64,000 nucleotides of DNA, taken from contig JBFGCA010000008.1 of NCBI GenBank assembly GCA_041567315.1, positions 2,990 to 66,989 on the forward strand. The letters run 5' to 3'. The DNA is from Thermoanaerobaculia bacterium (lineage in GTDB: Bacteria > Acidobacteriota > Thermoanaerobaculia > Multivoradales > JAHEKO01). Positions 9,670 to 19,650 of the stretch are shown here, piece by piece (positions within the stretch are counted from its first letter, which is position 1; every line of letters begins with the position of its first letter). The position numbers and the translations under genes were made by a program. The notes under the pieces were generated by a model. The model worked only from the letters and a program-made list of their open reading frames with translations. It searched no databases and was not told the DNA's origin.

Positions 9670-9681
9670 CGTTCGCCTCCT

Positions 9682-10194
9682 CTAGTTCCGCGACGGGAAG
9701 AGCCCCTGGAGGGCGATGCAGAAGTTGACGACCAGGGTGGGCTGCATGTTGTTGTGCGCCTGCCCGCCGCCGACGTTGAGCAGCTCCCCGGAGTTCATGT
9801 CGACCAGGTTGGCCGGATCGACGTAGACCTGGTTCACCGAGTCGGCCAGCACGTTGCCCGCCGGGACCGGGATGGTGCCCGGGGCCGAAGAGGCCTTGGC
9901 CGGGTGGGTGTGCTGCGGCATCTCGGCCGCCGACAGAGTGTGGGTCTCCTCGCCGCCCTTCTGACCCAGGAGGTGGATGCTGCCGTTCGAGGAGCCGACG
10001 TGGATCGGCGTCCGGCCCCGCAGGTCGGGCAGCGCGAAGCTGGTTCGCCCGTCGCCGCCGTAGGTGGTGCCAAGCAGCGAGTAGAGGGACTGGTTCTGGC
10101 TGATGGGCAGGATCTGCCCATCGCAGAAGGCCCAGCCCCGCGGGGCGAAATTGAAGCCCACGATGCGGACTTCGGCCAGGAAAGGCTCTGACAT
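9682..10194 (-). CDS. Phage tail-collar domain protein, copy 1
   Basis: MSEPFLAEVRIVGFNFAPRGWAFCDGQ...; ATG 10194 with RBS GAGGAG. Confidence 0.92.
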   Translation of the reverse strand: MSEPFLAEVRIVGFNFAPRGWAFCDGQILPISQNQSLYSLLGTTYGGDGRTSFALPDLRGRTPIHVGSSNGSIHLLGQKGGEETHTLSAAEMPQHTHPAKASSAPGTIPVPAGNVLADSVNQVYVDPANLVDMNSGELLNVGGGQAHNNMQPTLVVNFCIALQGLFPSRN

Positions 10195-10253
10195 CAACTC
10201 CCTCCTCTCTGGGTTGGTTTATCGCTCTCGTCGCCGAGTCGGGAACGGCGGGT

Positions 10254-13200
10254 CTAGGGCACCAGACACGCCGAGCCGCCGGCGGTGAAGGTGCCGGTGG
10301 CGAAGACGTTCTGGGCGGACATTGCCCCCGGCGTGGAGATCACGTTCTGGCCGTCGATGAAGCTCTCGACGGCCGCGGTGCCGCCGCCGCCGAAGTTGGG
10401 CAGGGTGAAGGTCGCCGCGCCCCCGCCGCTGGCGGACTGCTGGACGGTGACGCCGGCGAAGACGAAGAACGCCGTCAGCTCCTCGTTGACGATGGTGTTC
10501 GGCTCCAGGCCGGGGCTGCCGGGGCCACCGATGTCGGCGCACAGGTTGAGCGTCTCGCCGGCGGTGGCGGTCGCCGCCACGAAGACGCCGATCGAGTCCT
10601 CGAAGTTGAGGTCGTTGTCGCTCAGCGTCAGGTCGAGCGACGCCACGCCGTCGCGCGCCTGGGCGTCGATGCCGCCGTTGGTCACGCCGTGGACGACGTT
10701 CTCTTCGATCAGCACCCGCATGGCGGTGTTGCCCTGCGAGATGACGCGCACGGCGTTGCCGTTGGGGGTGCCCGAGTTGGAGACGCCCATGGTGCCGATC
10801 CGGTTGTTCCTCACCGTGGCGTGGAAGGTCGAGCCGGCGGTCGCCGAGGTCGCGGTGAAGAGATTGATCACCTGGCCGGCGCCCGAGCTGCCGTGGCCGG
10901 TCATGTCGTTGTTCTCGATCAGCGCCACGACGTCGCCGCTGAAGTTGTTGGTGAGATTCAGCGCCACGTTGTTGCTGGTAAAGGTGTTGACGTCGCCGGC
11001 GTTGGGGCCGCCGATGGTGATGTTGTGGGTGGTGTTGCGCTCGGCGTCGATCTGGATGGCGGTGGCGCGGATGTCCTGGAAGGTGTTGCCGCGGATGTCG
11101 AAGGTGATGTTCTTCGACACCGTGCCCCGCGAGGCGTAGTTGATGGCGTTGTTGCCGGGGGACGACGCGTTGTTGATCGCGAACAGGTTGCCGGTGACGG
11201 TGACGGTCGAGGTCGTCGCGTTGGTGTCGTTCAGCACCTCGACGTGGTCCTCGACGTTGCCCTGGAAGTGGCTATTGGTGAGGTTGACCGCGCCCGACAG
11301 CTCGCGGCCGCGCAGACCCTGCTCGCCGGCGGCGTCGCCGTGGTTGGTGAGCCGCGAGTTGTCGAAGGTGAAGCCGGCGACGTTGTCCAGGGCGATCCCG
11401 TGCGAGCCGCTGCCGTCGATCTGCATCGCCGCCAGCCGCACGTCCCGGGCGGCGTCGACGTCCACCCCCACCCCCGTCTTGGCCGAGATCGTGCCACCCG
11501 AGCAGTTGGCGGCGTTGCCCTTGCAGTCGCCGCCCGAGCCGGTCACCGAGAAGAAGCTGCCGGTGATGGTGCCGGTGCTGTTGAGCCGGATGCCGGGGCT
11601 CGCCCCGCCGCTGGAGGAGACCCTGAGGAAGGTCGCGCCGCTGGCGCCGATGTTGGTGTTCTGGATGTCGACGCCGCTGCCGGTGCCGGCGGTGACCGCC
11701 GCGTTGCCGGTGACGTTCAGCGTGCCGCCGCCGTCGGCCTGGAAACCGATGCCGGTCGTGCTGTTGATCGTGTTGGTGCCGCCCGAGACGTCGAGGTCGA
11801 TGCCGCCCGAGACGTCGATGCCGTTGCCGCTGGTGGTGTCGACGTCGAGGCCACCGTTGGTGAAGGCCAGGGAGTGACCGCTGCTGCCGCTGATGGTGAC
11901 CGCGTTGCCGGCGCCGGTGTTGACGATCTTGCTGCTGCCGCTCAGCGTCGTGCTGCCCCCGGTGTTGCCGGAGAGGCTGATGCCGGTGCCGGTGTCGTTG
12001 ACGTTTCCCGACAGGACGATCGCGTCGCCGCTGCGCCCGCTGACCTCGACCGACCGCGCCGCCGTGTTGGTGATCGAGCCGGCGTAGGTGACGTTGCCGC
12101 TGCCGCCGGCGACGTCGAAGGCGTTGCCGGTGGCGTTCGTGATCGAGCCGCCGGTGGCGGTGAAGCCGCCGGTCACGGTGTCGAGGTTGATCCCCTTGCC
12201 CGGGCTGCCGGCCGAGGTGAGGGTCGTGAAGGTGCCAGCGTTGAGCGTCGTGCCGGTGAGGTCCAGCGCCGCGCCGCCGTTGGCGGTGAGGCTGTTGGTC
12301 GAGCCGCCGACGTTTAGGGTGCTGGCTCCCGAGCGCAGGCCGAAGCCGCCGTCGGTGGTCACCGACAGGCTGTCGAAGGTGAAGCTGGCACCCGTGTTGC
12401 CCGTCAGCAGGTCGATGCCGTTGGCCGTGTTGCCGGCGCCCACCATGGTGTCGGTCACGGTCGTCGGGCCGAAGTCGAAGGCGGTCGAGGCGGAGCCCTG
12501 CACCAGGATGCCGGTGGTGTCCGGGTTCTGCACCACCGTCGCGCTGTCGACCGTGATCGGGTCGGAGATCGTGTCCAGCCGGATGCCTTCGGTCGGGCTG
12601 GTGCTGGAGGTGAGGCTCGAGAAGGTCCAGCCGGTGCCGAGGTCGGTGTTGGTGACGTCGAGCGCCGGGCCGCCGGTGGCGGTGATGGTGTTGGTCGAGC
12701 CGCCGATGTTGACGGTGCCGCTGCCGTTGCCCACCAGGCCGGCGCCGTTCTCGGTGGTCGACGACAGGCTGCTGAAAGTGAACGTCGCGGCGCCGCTCGA
12801 CGCCAGGTCGATCCCGGCGTCGGCGCCGCCGGCGTCGCCGGCGTTGGTGATCGTGGTGGCGCCGAAGTCGAAGCTGGCGCCGGCCGAGGTCGCGACCCGG
12901 ATGCCGGTGTCGGTGGGGTCGTCCAGGTTGGTCGTCGTCGCGGTGAGCGAGCCGCCGACGTTGCGCAGATGGATGCCGTGGCCCGAGCTGGACAGCGAGT
13001 CGAGGGTGCCGAAGGTCATCGCCAGGGTGCCGCCGTCGACGTCGAGGGCGGCGCCGCCCGAGTCGGTGACGTCCACCTCGTCGACGGTGACCGTGCCGAC
13101 GCCGGTGCCGAAGAGCGCCGCGCCGCTCGACCCGGCGATGTTCAGGCCGCGGATCGTGTTCTCGGAGGCCAGGTCGATGCCGTTGCCGGCGACGTGGGTC

Positions 13201-14699
13201 ATCACCGGACGGCTGGTGGCGGTCTCGATGGTCTGGCCGCCCACCACCAGGTCGACGCCCGAGCCGATCAGGTGCTGGCCGTCCTTCTTGATCAGGCCCT
13301 GGTCGTTGTTGAGCGTGGTGCCGTCGCCCTCGCGCAGGCGGATGAAGTGGCCGGCCGAGGAGGCCGTCTCGGCCTGCTTGAGCGAGCTGAAGGGGTCGGC
13401 GAAGGTGCCCGAGCCGCAGGGGTGCGGCGAGCAGGCGTCGTTCTCGACGAACCAGACGATGGCGTCGAGGGTGATCACCACCGCGGCGCTGTCGGTCTCG
13501 GCCTCGTCGTCGGCCACCGAATAGCTGAAGCCGTCTACGCCCTGGAAGCCCGGCGGCGGCGCGTAGGTGAAGGAGCCGTCGGCGGCGAGGGTCGCGGTCC
13601 CGCCCTGGGCGGTCGGGATCGCCCCCGTCGTGGTGACCACCAAGGAGCTGGGGCCCAGGTCGTCGAGGTCGACGTCGTTGCCCAGCACGCCCGGCGCCGC
13701 CACCGTGATGTCGACGTTGCCGACGCCCGAGAAGGCGTCGTTGCGCGCCAGCGGCGAAGTCTTGACCGAGCCGGGGACGATGGTGACGTTGGCGTCCAGG
13801 GTCTCGTTGAACGTCACCCCCTCGCCCTGGCCGCCGGTGTTCTGCACGGTCGCCTCGAAGGTGATGGTGTCGCCGGGAGCGGCCGGCGTGCCCGGCTGAT
13901 CGGCCTGCAGCGCGACGATCGTCGGCGCGGCGGTGTCGAGGTTGCCCGCCGAGAAGGAGAGCGCCGAGCCGGCGTTGACGCCCGAGCCGCGCACCAGCAG
14001 GCTGATCGCCCCGACGTCGGTGAAGTCGGCGCCGCTACCCCCGGGGTCGGCCACGAAGCCGCCGAACGGGAAGAAGAAGTCGGTCGCCGCGCCGACCGAC
14101 GGCAGGACCTGTGCCGAGGTCGAGAAGTCGGTGGCGTTGGTGTAGACGGTGAGGACGAGCTCGAGGCCGGCGTCGGCGCTGTCGACCGTGAAGCGCAGGG
14201 TGCTCTGGGTGCCCCCGGCGGTGAGGTCCGCGTTGCCGAGGCCGCCCGCGTCCAGGTTGTTCGGGTCGCTGTCCGCGTCCCAGGTGACCAGCACCCTGGC
14301 ATCCGAGTCCGCCGCCGTGTCGAACAGCAGCGAGCCGCCGGTGACCTCGGTCGACACCGGCCCCGTCCCCCCGGCGATCCAGGTCAGGAACAGGTCGCGC
14401 GTGCCGCCGATCATCCCGGCGCCGGCCTGGCTCGAGCCGTCGGTGTCGCCCGGGCTGTCGGGCGGGTCCTGCAGCTGGAGCTGCGCCTGCGCCTCGCTGA
14501 AGTCGTCGATGAGGACCTGGGCGTGGGCCGGACCGACGGCCCCGGCGGCGAGCAGGCAAGCCAGCACGAGACCGGCCGCGGCACGCCGTAACGCCGGGGA
14601 CTGGGCTTCGCGACCCAGGGCCTCTCTACCCCGGGCCTCTCCACCCCAGCGAGCGCGGCTCCGCATCGACCTGCTTTCTCCGGTGCCCTTACCCGTCAA
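10254..14699 (-). CDS. Giant secreted adhesin-like protein (signal peptide, cadherin/Big-like Ig domain, long Gly/Thr/Ser/Asn-rich beta-helix)
   Basis: Signal AGLVLACLLAAGAVGPAHA/Q; PLARNDAF...DGSFTYAPPPGFQGVDGFSYSV; repetitive beta-solenoid-like sequence. Start is TTG 14699 (GGAGG upstream) or ATG 14666. Confidence 0.8.
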   Translation of the reverse strand: MTGKGTGESRSMRSRARWGGEARGREALGREAQSPALRRAAAGLVLACLLAAGAVGPAHAQVLIDDFSEAQAQLQLQDPPDSPGDTDGSSQAGAGMIGGTRDLFLTWIAGGTGPVSTEVTGGSLLFDTAADSDARVLVTWDADSDPNNLDAGGLGNADLTAGGTQSTLRFTVDSADAGLELVLTVYTNATDFSTSAQVLPSVGAATDFFFPFGGFVADPGGSGADFTDVGAISLLVRGSGVNAGSALSFSAGNLDTAAPTIVALQADQPGTPAAPGDTITFEATVQNTGGQGEGVTFNETLDANVTIVPGSVKTSPLARNDAFSGVGNVDITVAAPGVLGNDVDLDDLGPSSLVVTTTGAIPTAQGGTATLAADGSFTYAPPPGFQGVDGFSYSVADDEAETDSAAVVITLDAIVWFVENDACSPHPCGSGTFADPFSSLKQAETASSAGHFIRLREGDGTTLNNDQGLIKKDGQHLIGSGVDLVVGGQTIETATSRPVMTHVAGNGIDLASENTIRGLNIAGSSGAALFGTGVGTVTVDEVDVTDSGGAALDVDGGTLAMTFGTLDSLSSSGHGIHLRNVGGSLTATTTNLDDPTDTGIRVATSAGASFDFGATTITNAGDAGGADAGIDLASSGAATFTFSSLSSTTENGAGLVGNGSGTVNIGGSTNTITATGGPALDVTNTDLGTGWTFSSLTSSTSPTEGIRLDTISDPITVDSATVVQNPDTTGILVQGSASTAFDFGPTTVTDTMVGAGNTANGIDLLTGNTGASFTFDSLSVTTDGGFGLRSGASTLNVGGSTNSLTANGGAALDLTGTTLNAGTFTTLTSAGSPGKGINLDTVTGGFTATGGSITNATGNAFDVAGGSGNVTYAGSITNTAARSVEVSGRSGDAIVLSGNVNDTGTGISLSGNTGGSTTLSGSSKIVNTGAGNAVTISGSSGHSLAFTNGGLDVDTTSGNGIDVSGGIDLDVSGGTNTINSTTGIGFQADGGGTLNVTGNAAVTAGTGSGVDIQNTNIGASGATFLRVSSSGGASPGIRLNSTGTITGSFFSVTGSGGDCKGNAANCSGGTISAKTGVGVDVDAARDVRLAAMQIDGSGSHGIALDNVAGFTFDNSRLTNHGDAAGEQGLRGRELSGAVNLTNSHFQGNVEDHVEVLNDTNATTSTVTVTGNLFAINNASSPGNNAINYASRGTVSKNITFDIRGNTFQDIRATAIQIDAERNTTHNITIGGPNAGDVNTFTSNNVALNLTNNFSGDVVALIENNDMTGHGSSGAGQVINLFTATSATAGSTFHATVRNNRIGTMGVSNSGTPNGNAVRVISQGNTAMRVLIEENVVHGVTNGGIDAQARDGVASLDLTLSDNDLNFEDSIGVFVAATATAGETLNLCADIGGPGSPGLEPNTIVNEELTAFFVFAGVTVQQSASGGGAATFTLPNFGGGGTAAVESFIDGQNVISTPGAMSAQNVFATGTFTAGGSACLVP

Positions 14700-14899
14700 A
14701 GCCCCAGCCTCCCATCACCGACGCCCTCTCGGGCTTCCCCGCTTGCAGCGAGCACGACCCGTTCCCCCCCGCCCGCACCGGAAACCCTCTCCTGTCCCCG
14801 CCGCCGCTGCACCCTGGCCGTCCCTGCGTGGCGGGGAAGATAGCACAGCCCGGCCGGGCGGCCGCAACACCGGCGGCCCTGCCGCTACAATCCACACCC

Positions 14900-16273
14900 G
14901 TGCGGGTCTTCTTCTCCAACCTCGGCTGCAAGCTCAACCAGGCCGAGCTCGAATCGCTGGCCCGCCGCTTCGTGGCCGCCGGCCACGCCATCGCTCCCTC
15001 ACTGGCCGAGGCCGAGCTGCACGTGGTCAACACCTGCACGGTGACCCACCTGGCGGCCCGCGACTCGCGCAAGCTGGCGCGCCGCGGACGGCGGCTGGAC
15101 CCGGGGCTCCGCACCGTGCTGACCGGCTGCTACGCCACCGCCGAAGCCGCCGCGGCGGCGGCGCTCGAGGGCGTCGACCTGGTGGTGCCCAACGAGGAGA
15201 AGGAGCGACTCCTGGACCGCGTCCACGAGGCCTTCCCCGAGGCGCTGCCCGCGCCACCAGGGGGCGAAGGGCCGGTGCCGGTACCCCACCTGCCAGTGCC
15301 CTACGTGCCGCTCGAGTTCGGCAACGCCCGCGCCCTGGTCAAGGCCGAGGACGGCTGCAACATGCGCTGCGCCTTCTGCATCATCCCGCTGACCCGCGGG
15401 CGGCAGAGAAGCCGGCGGCTGCCCGAGGTGGTGGCCGAAGTCCGGGCGCTGGCCGCCGGCGGCTTCGCCGAGGTGGTGGTCACCGGGGTCCAGATCTCGG
15501 CCTACCGCTGGCGCGGCGCCGGGCTCTTCGAGCTGGTCGCCGCGCTGCTCGACCAGACGCCCGTCCGGCGCCTGCGGCTCACCTCGATCGCCCCCTGGCA
15601 GTTCGATCGGCGGCTGCTGGGGCTGTTCGCGGGCGGCCGGCTGTGCCGCCACTTCCACTTCTCGCTCCAGAGCGGCGCCGACGCCGTGCTGCGCCGGATG
15701 CGGCGGCCCTACGCCCGGCGGCAGTACGCCGCTCTGCTGGACGAGGTGCGGCGGGCGGTCCCGGGGGTGGCGATCACCACCGACCTGATCGTCGGCTTCC
15801 CCGGCGAGACCGAGGCCGAGTTCGAGGACGGCCTCGCCTTCGTCGAGGAGATGGCCTTCGCCAAGGTCCACGCCTTCCCCTACTCGCCGCGCGAGGGCAC
15901 CGAGGCGGCGGCGATGCCCGGCCAGGTGCCGCCGCCGGTCCGCCGGGAGCGCATGGACCGCGCCCTCCAGGTCGCCCGCACCGCCGAGCACGACTTCGCG
16001 CGCTCGCAGCTCGGCGCCACCCTCGAAGTGCTGTGGGAGCGCCGGAGCAGGGACCGCTGGCTGGGCACCACCGACAACTACCTGCGGGTCTGGGTCGGCG
16101 CCGACGAGGACCTCGCCGGCCGGCTGACGCCGGCACGACTGATCGCCTTCGGGGCCGACGGCGTGCGCACCCGGCTGGCTTTCGACGCGGCGGCGGCCGG
16201 CGACCGGGCCGCGGAGCCGGGCAGCCGGCCGGTGAGCGATTCCGCCGCCGCCGGTCTCGCCGGCCGGCGCTGA
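14900..16273 (+). CDS. mtaB: Radical SAM tRNA methylthiotransferase (MtaB/MiaB family)
   Basis: LGCKLNQAE, VVNTCTVT, LTGCYA, EDGCNMRCAFCIIP (CxxxCxxC), DLIVGFPGETE, AFPYSPREGT; GTG 14900 chosen as start. Confidence 0.82.
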   Translation: MRVFFSNLGCKLNQAELESLARRFVAAGHAIAPSLAEAELHVVNTCTVTHLAARDSRKLARRGRRLDPGLRTVLTGCYATAEAAAAAALEGVDLVVPNEEKERLLDRVHEAFPEALPAPPGGEGPVPVPHLPVPYVPLEFGNARALVKAEDGCNMRCAFCIIPLTRGRQRSRRLPEVVAEVRALAAGGFAEVVVTGVQISAYRWRGAGLFELVAALLDQTPVRRLRLTSIAPWQFDRRLLGLFAGGRLCRHFHFSLQSGADAVLRRMRRPYARRQYAALLDEVRRAVPGVAITTDLIVGFPGETEAEFEDGLAFVEEMAFAKVHAFPYSPREGTEAAAMPGQVPPPVRRERMDRALQVARTAEHDFARSQLGATLEVLWERRSRDRWLGTTDNYLRVWVGADEDLAGRLTPARLIAFGADGVRTRLAFDAAAAGDRAAEPGSRPVSDSAAAGLAGRR

Positions 16274-16283
16274 GGAGCGCGCC

Positions 16284-17624
16284 ATCCCCACCGCCGCAGC
16301 CAGCCGCCAGGAGCTCCTCGCACCCGAGGAGATCGCCGACCGCCTGGAGCGGCTGCTCGAGCGTTCGACCGCCGACGAGACCGAGCTGGTCTGGCTGGAG
16401 GCGGGCCGCCGCCGGGCGCTCGCCCAGGGCCGGCGGACCGATTTCGCCGAGACCCGCGAGCGCACGATCCTGGTGCGGGTCATCGACCACGGCCGGGTCG
16501 GCAGCCACCGCACCGGCACCGCCGAGCCCGGCGAGCTGGAGAGCGCCGTGCGGCTGGCGGTGGCCCAGTCGCGCAGCCGCGAGCCGCTGCCCGGCCTGCG
16601 CCACATCCCGGCCGACGAGACGCCGCTGGTGGTCCCCGGCCAGCTCTACGACCGGCGGCTCACGCGGCTCGGCCGCCGGCGCTCGGCCGAGCTGCTGGGC
16701 GGCCTGCGCCGCCGCCGCGAGCGGCTCGAGCTCACCTGGCACGACGCCCGGGTGGCGGTCTTCAACAGCCGCGGCGTGCGACGCCAGATCGAGGTCACCG
16801 CCGCGGCGCTCGGGGCCCGCTGCGGCCGCCGGCCGGGGGCGGGGCGCGCCGTGGGCGCCGCCCGCCGGCTGCGCGACCTGGAACCCGAGGCCATCGTCGC
16901 CCGCGCCCAGGCCCGGCACGCCACGGGGACGGCGGCCGAGCCGCCGGCCGGACCGCTGCCGGTGGTGCTCTCGCCCGAGGCCACCGCTCAGCTCTTCGAC
17001 CTGCTCAATCGCGTCGCCTTCTCGGCGGTGGCCTACTACGAGGGCAGCTCGTTCCTGCGCGAGCACCTCGGGGTCCAGGTCTTCGACCGTGCCGTCGGCC
17101 TGCGCGACGACGGCACCGACGCGGCGGGTCTGCCGTTCCCCTTCGACCTCGAAGGCACCGCCAAGCGGCCCGTCGAGCTGATCGCGAAGGGCACCCCGAA
17201 GACGCCGGCGCTCGACCAGCGGCAGGCGGCGGTGGCCGGCCTGCCGCCCACCGCCCACGCCATCGCCGGCGCCGACGCCCGCGCCCTCAACCTGTTCGTC
17301 GAGGCCGGCGAGCTGGGCGACGAGGAGCTGATGGCGGCGGCAGACGGCGGACTGTGGATCGGCTGGCTGGACCACCTCGAATGCTTCGAGCCCGGCCGGG
17401 CGCAGATCCGCGCCCGCGCCGGCGGGGTGCGCCGGATCGCCGGCGGCCGCCTGGCGGCCGGGGTCCCGGACCTGGTCTGGGAGGACAGCCTCCTGCGGGC
17501 CTTCTCGAGCCTGCTGGGAGTGAGCCGGGAGACCCTCCTGGTGCCGGCCGGCGACGGCTACCTGGGCGCCGTCCGCGCCCCGGGGCTGGCCATCTCGGGC
17601 GCCGAGCTGGTGGTGGCGGGCTAG
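16284..17624 (+). CDS. TldD/PmbA family protein, PmbA-like (no HExxGH)
   Basis: PVVLSPEA, LRDDG...PFDLEG, NLFVEAGE motifs. The frame is open from 16236; the start is uncertain (ATC 16284 after GAGGAG; first GTG at 16473). Confidence 0.72.
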   Translation: MPTAAASRQELLAPEEIADRLERLLERSTADETELVWLEAGRRRALAQGRRTDFAETRERTILVRVIDHGRVGSHRTGTAEPGELESAVRLAVAQSRSREPLPGLRHIPADETPLVVPGQLYDRRLTRLGRRRSAELLGGLRRRRERLELTWHDARVAVFNSRGVRRQIEVTAAALGARCGRRPGAGRAVGAARRLRDLEPEAIVARAQARHATGTAAEPPAGPLPVVLSPEATAQLFDLLNRVAFSAVAYYEGSSFLREHLGVQVFDRAVGLRDDGTDAAGLPFPFDLEGTAKRPVELIAKGTPKTPALDQRQAAVAGLPPTAHAIAGADARALNLFVEAGELGDEELMAAADGGLWIGWLDHLECFEPGRAQIRARAGGVRRIAGGRLAAGVPDLVWEDSLLRAFSSLLGVSRETLLVPAGDGYLGAVRAPGLAISGAELVVAG

Positions 17625-17637
17625 CCGGCGCCGCCGC

Positions 17638-19281
17638 TCAACCCTGCCGCCGCAGGAGCACCAGCGTCTGGTCGTCGGCCTGGCTGCGGCCGCAGGCAAA
17701 GCCGGTGACGGCGCGCTCGACGGTCTCGACGACCTCGCCCAGGGGACGCTCCGCCGCCGCGCCAAGCCGCTCTTTCAAGCGGCCGACCCCGAACTCCTCG
17801 CCGTCCGGCGAGACGCACTCGGTGATGCCGTCGCTGTACATGCACAGCAGGTCGCCCGGCGCCAGCGCCACCGACCCCGCCTGGTAGGCGCTGCCGGCGA
17901 AGATCCCCAGCGGCAGTCCGCCCACCGGCAGCTCCTCGACCGCGCCGCCGGCGCGCAGCAGCAGGCCGGGGTTGTGACCGGCGTTGACGAAGCGCAGCTC
18001 GGCCCGCGCCGGGTCCAACTCGGCGGCCAGCAGGGTGACGAACTTGTTGGGGGCGGTGGCCTCGGCGAGGTGCTGGTTGAGCCGGCCCGCCAGCTCGGGC
18101 CCGAGCGGTGCGCGGTCGGCCAGCAGCCGGATGCCGGCGTGCACCGTCGACACCATCAGGGCGGCGGGCAGGCCCTTGCCGGCGACGTCGGCGAGCACCG
18201 TCAGCACCCGGCCCTCCGGCGACCGGAGCAGGTCGTAGTAGTCGCCGCCGACGTGCTGGGCCGGGCGGCTCCACCCGGCCAGCTCGAACCCCTCGACCAC
18301 CGGCGGCCGTTCCGGCAGCAGCCGTCGCTGGATCTCGGCGGCCAGCTCCAGCTCGCGCTCGAGGCGCTCCTTCTCCAGCGCCTCGCTGTGCAGGCGGGCG
18401 TTCTCCAGCGCGATCGCCGCCTGGTTGGCGAGCAGCGACAGGGTGCGGCGGTCGGCGCTGCCGAACGGCCCGACGCCGGTGCGGCTTTCCTTGTCGCCGA
18501 CCACCAGCAGGCCGCGAGGCCGGCCGTCGGCCTCGATCGCCACCTGGAGCACGTGACCGGCGCCGGGCAGCAGCAGCCGATCCGGCTCGCGGGTTTCCGC
18601 GGCCGGGCTCGCCCCATCGCCGACCTCGCTGCCGCCGGGCCCGCTGGCGCCGGGCTCGCCGTCGCCGGCCGGCGTGCCCAGCAGCTCACCGGGATCCAGC
18701 CGCGCCGGCGCCGCGCCGCCGAAAGTCTCCTGCAGCACGTACTCGCCGTCCCGCAGCAGGTAGAGCGCGCCGCGACGAGCGTCGAGCAGCGAGACGGCGC
18801 GCAGCAGGATCTCCTCGCCCAGCCGCTCGGGATCGAGGGTCGAGGCGATGGCCAGCCCGACGTCGTACAGCGCCTGCAGCTCGACGCCGCGGTAACTGGC
18901 CTCGAAGCTGCGCCGCCGCAGCCGGCCGTGGAGCGTCGCCGCGCGCTGGGCGGCGGCCAGCGCCAGCAGCAGGCTGCCGCCGGGCGGCGGACCGCCGCCC
19001 GCCTCGTAGAGCAGGCGGCCGCCCGGCAGCGCCAGGCTCTCGAACCTGGTGGGCTGCCGTCGCCCCAGCGTCGCCGGAAAGCTCGCGGCGCCGACCGCCG
19101 CCTGCAGCTCCAGCCGCTTGCCGGCCCGCCCGTAGACCGCCGCCGCCGCCAGGTCGAACTGGCGGGTCAGCAGCTCCAGCACCCGCAGCAGCAGCAGGCG
19201 ATCGCCGCCGCGCCCGGCGGCCGCCGTCAGGATCTCGTCGACGGCCGTGGGCTCGGCGACCGGCGGCCGGGAGAGGCTCAC
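17638..19281 (-). CDS. GAF plus PP2C/SpoIIE serine phosphatase (RsbU-like)
   Basis: ANQAAIALENARL, VGGDYYD, LADVAGKG, NAGHNP, YSDGITE, DDQT. Confidence 0.92.
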   Translation of the reverse strand: MSLSRPPVAEPTAVDEILTAAAGRGGDRLLLLRVLELLTRQFDLAAAAVYGRAGKRLELQAAVGAASFPATLGRRQPTRFESLALPGGRLLYEAGGGPPPGGSLLLALAAAQRAATLHGRLRRRSFEASYRGVELQALYDVGLAIASTLDPERLGEEILLRAVSLLDARRGALYLLRDGEYVLQETFGGAAPARLDPGELLGTPAGDGEPGASGPGGSEVGDGASPAAETREPDRLLLPGAGHVLQVAIEADGRPRGLLVVGDKESRTGVGPFGSADRRTLSLLANQAAIALENARLHSEALEKERLERELELAAEIQRRLLPERPPVVEGFELAGWSRPAQHVGGDYYDLLRSPEGRVLTVLADVAGKGLPAALMVSTVHAGIRLLADRAPLGPELAGRLNQHLAEATAPNKFVTLLAAELDPARAELRFVNAGHNPGLLLRAGGAVEELPVGGLPLGIFAGSAYQAGSVALAPGDLLCMYSDGITECVSPDGEEFGVGRLKERLGAAAERPLGEVVETVERAVTGFACGRSQADDQTLVLLRRQG

Positions 19282-19289
19282 GGCGGCGC

Positions 19290-19640
19290 TCAGTCGGTCA
19301 GGGCACCGACCGCTTCGTCGAGGTCCTTGAAGATCCGCGCGTACTGCGCCAGACCCATGATGTGGAAGGTCTTCTCGATGGTCGGCGTCAAACAGCAGAA
19401 GGCGAGCGTGCCGTCGATCTCGAGCATCTTCTCGATGATCTCGATGAGGATCGAGATGCCGATCGAGTTGACCAGCTTGGTGCCGTGCAGGTTGAGGACC
19501 AGGGCCTTGTGGCCGGCGCCGATCAGCTCGTCGGCGGCGCGAGCGATCTCCTCGCCCCCCTGGTTGTTGATGTAGCCCTCGGTGTAGATCACCGCCAGGC
19601 GGTCCTGGCGGTCGACGGTCAGCTTCAAGGTCTCGCTCAT
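19290..19640 (-). CDS. STAS-domain anti-sigma factor antagonist (RsbV-like)
   Basis: LVLNL...VNSIGISIL (phospho-Ser motif), FHIMGL. Confidence 0.9.
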   Translation of the reverse strand: MSETLKLTVDRQDRLAVIYTEGYINNQGGEEIARAADELIGAGHKALVLNLHGTKLVNSIGISILIEIIEKMLEIDGTLAFCCLTPTIEKTFHIMGLAQYARIFKDLDEAVGALTD

Positions 19641-19650
19641 CGCTTCTCCG

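Noticed and set aside
8619-10194. Prophage suggested by tail-collar genes
   Set aside because: No integrase, terminase, capsid, sheath or lysis genes nearby.
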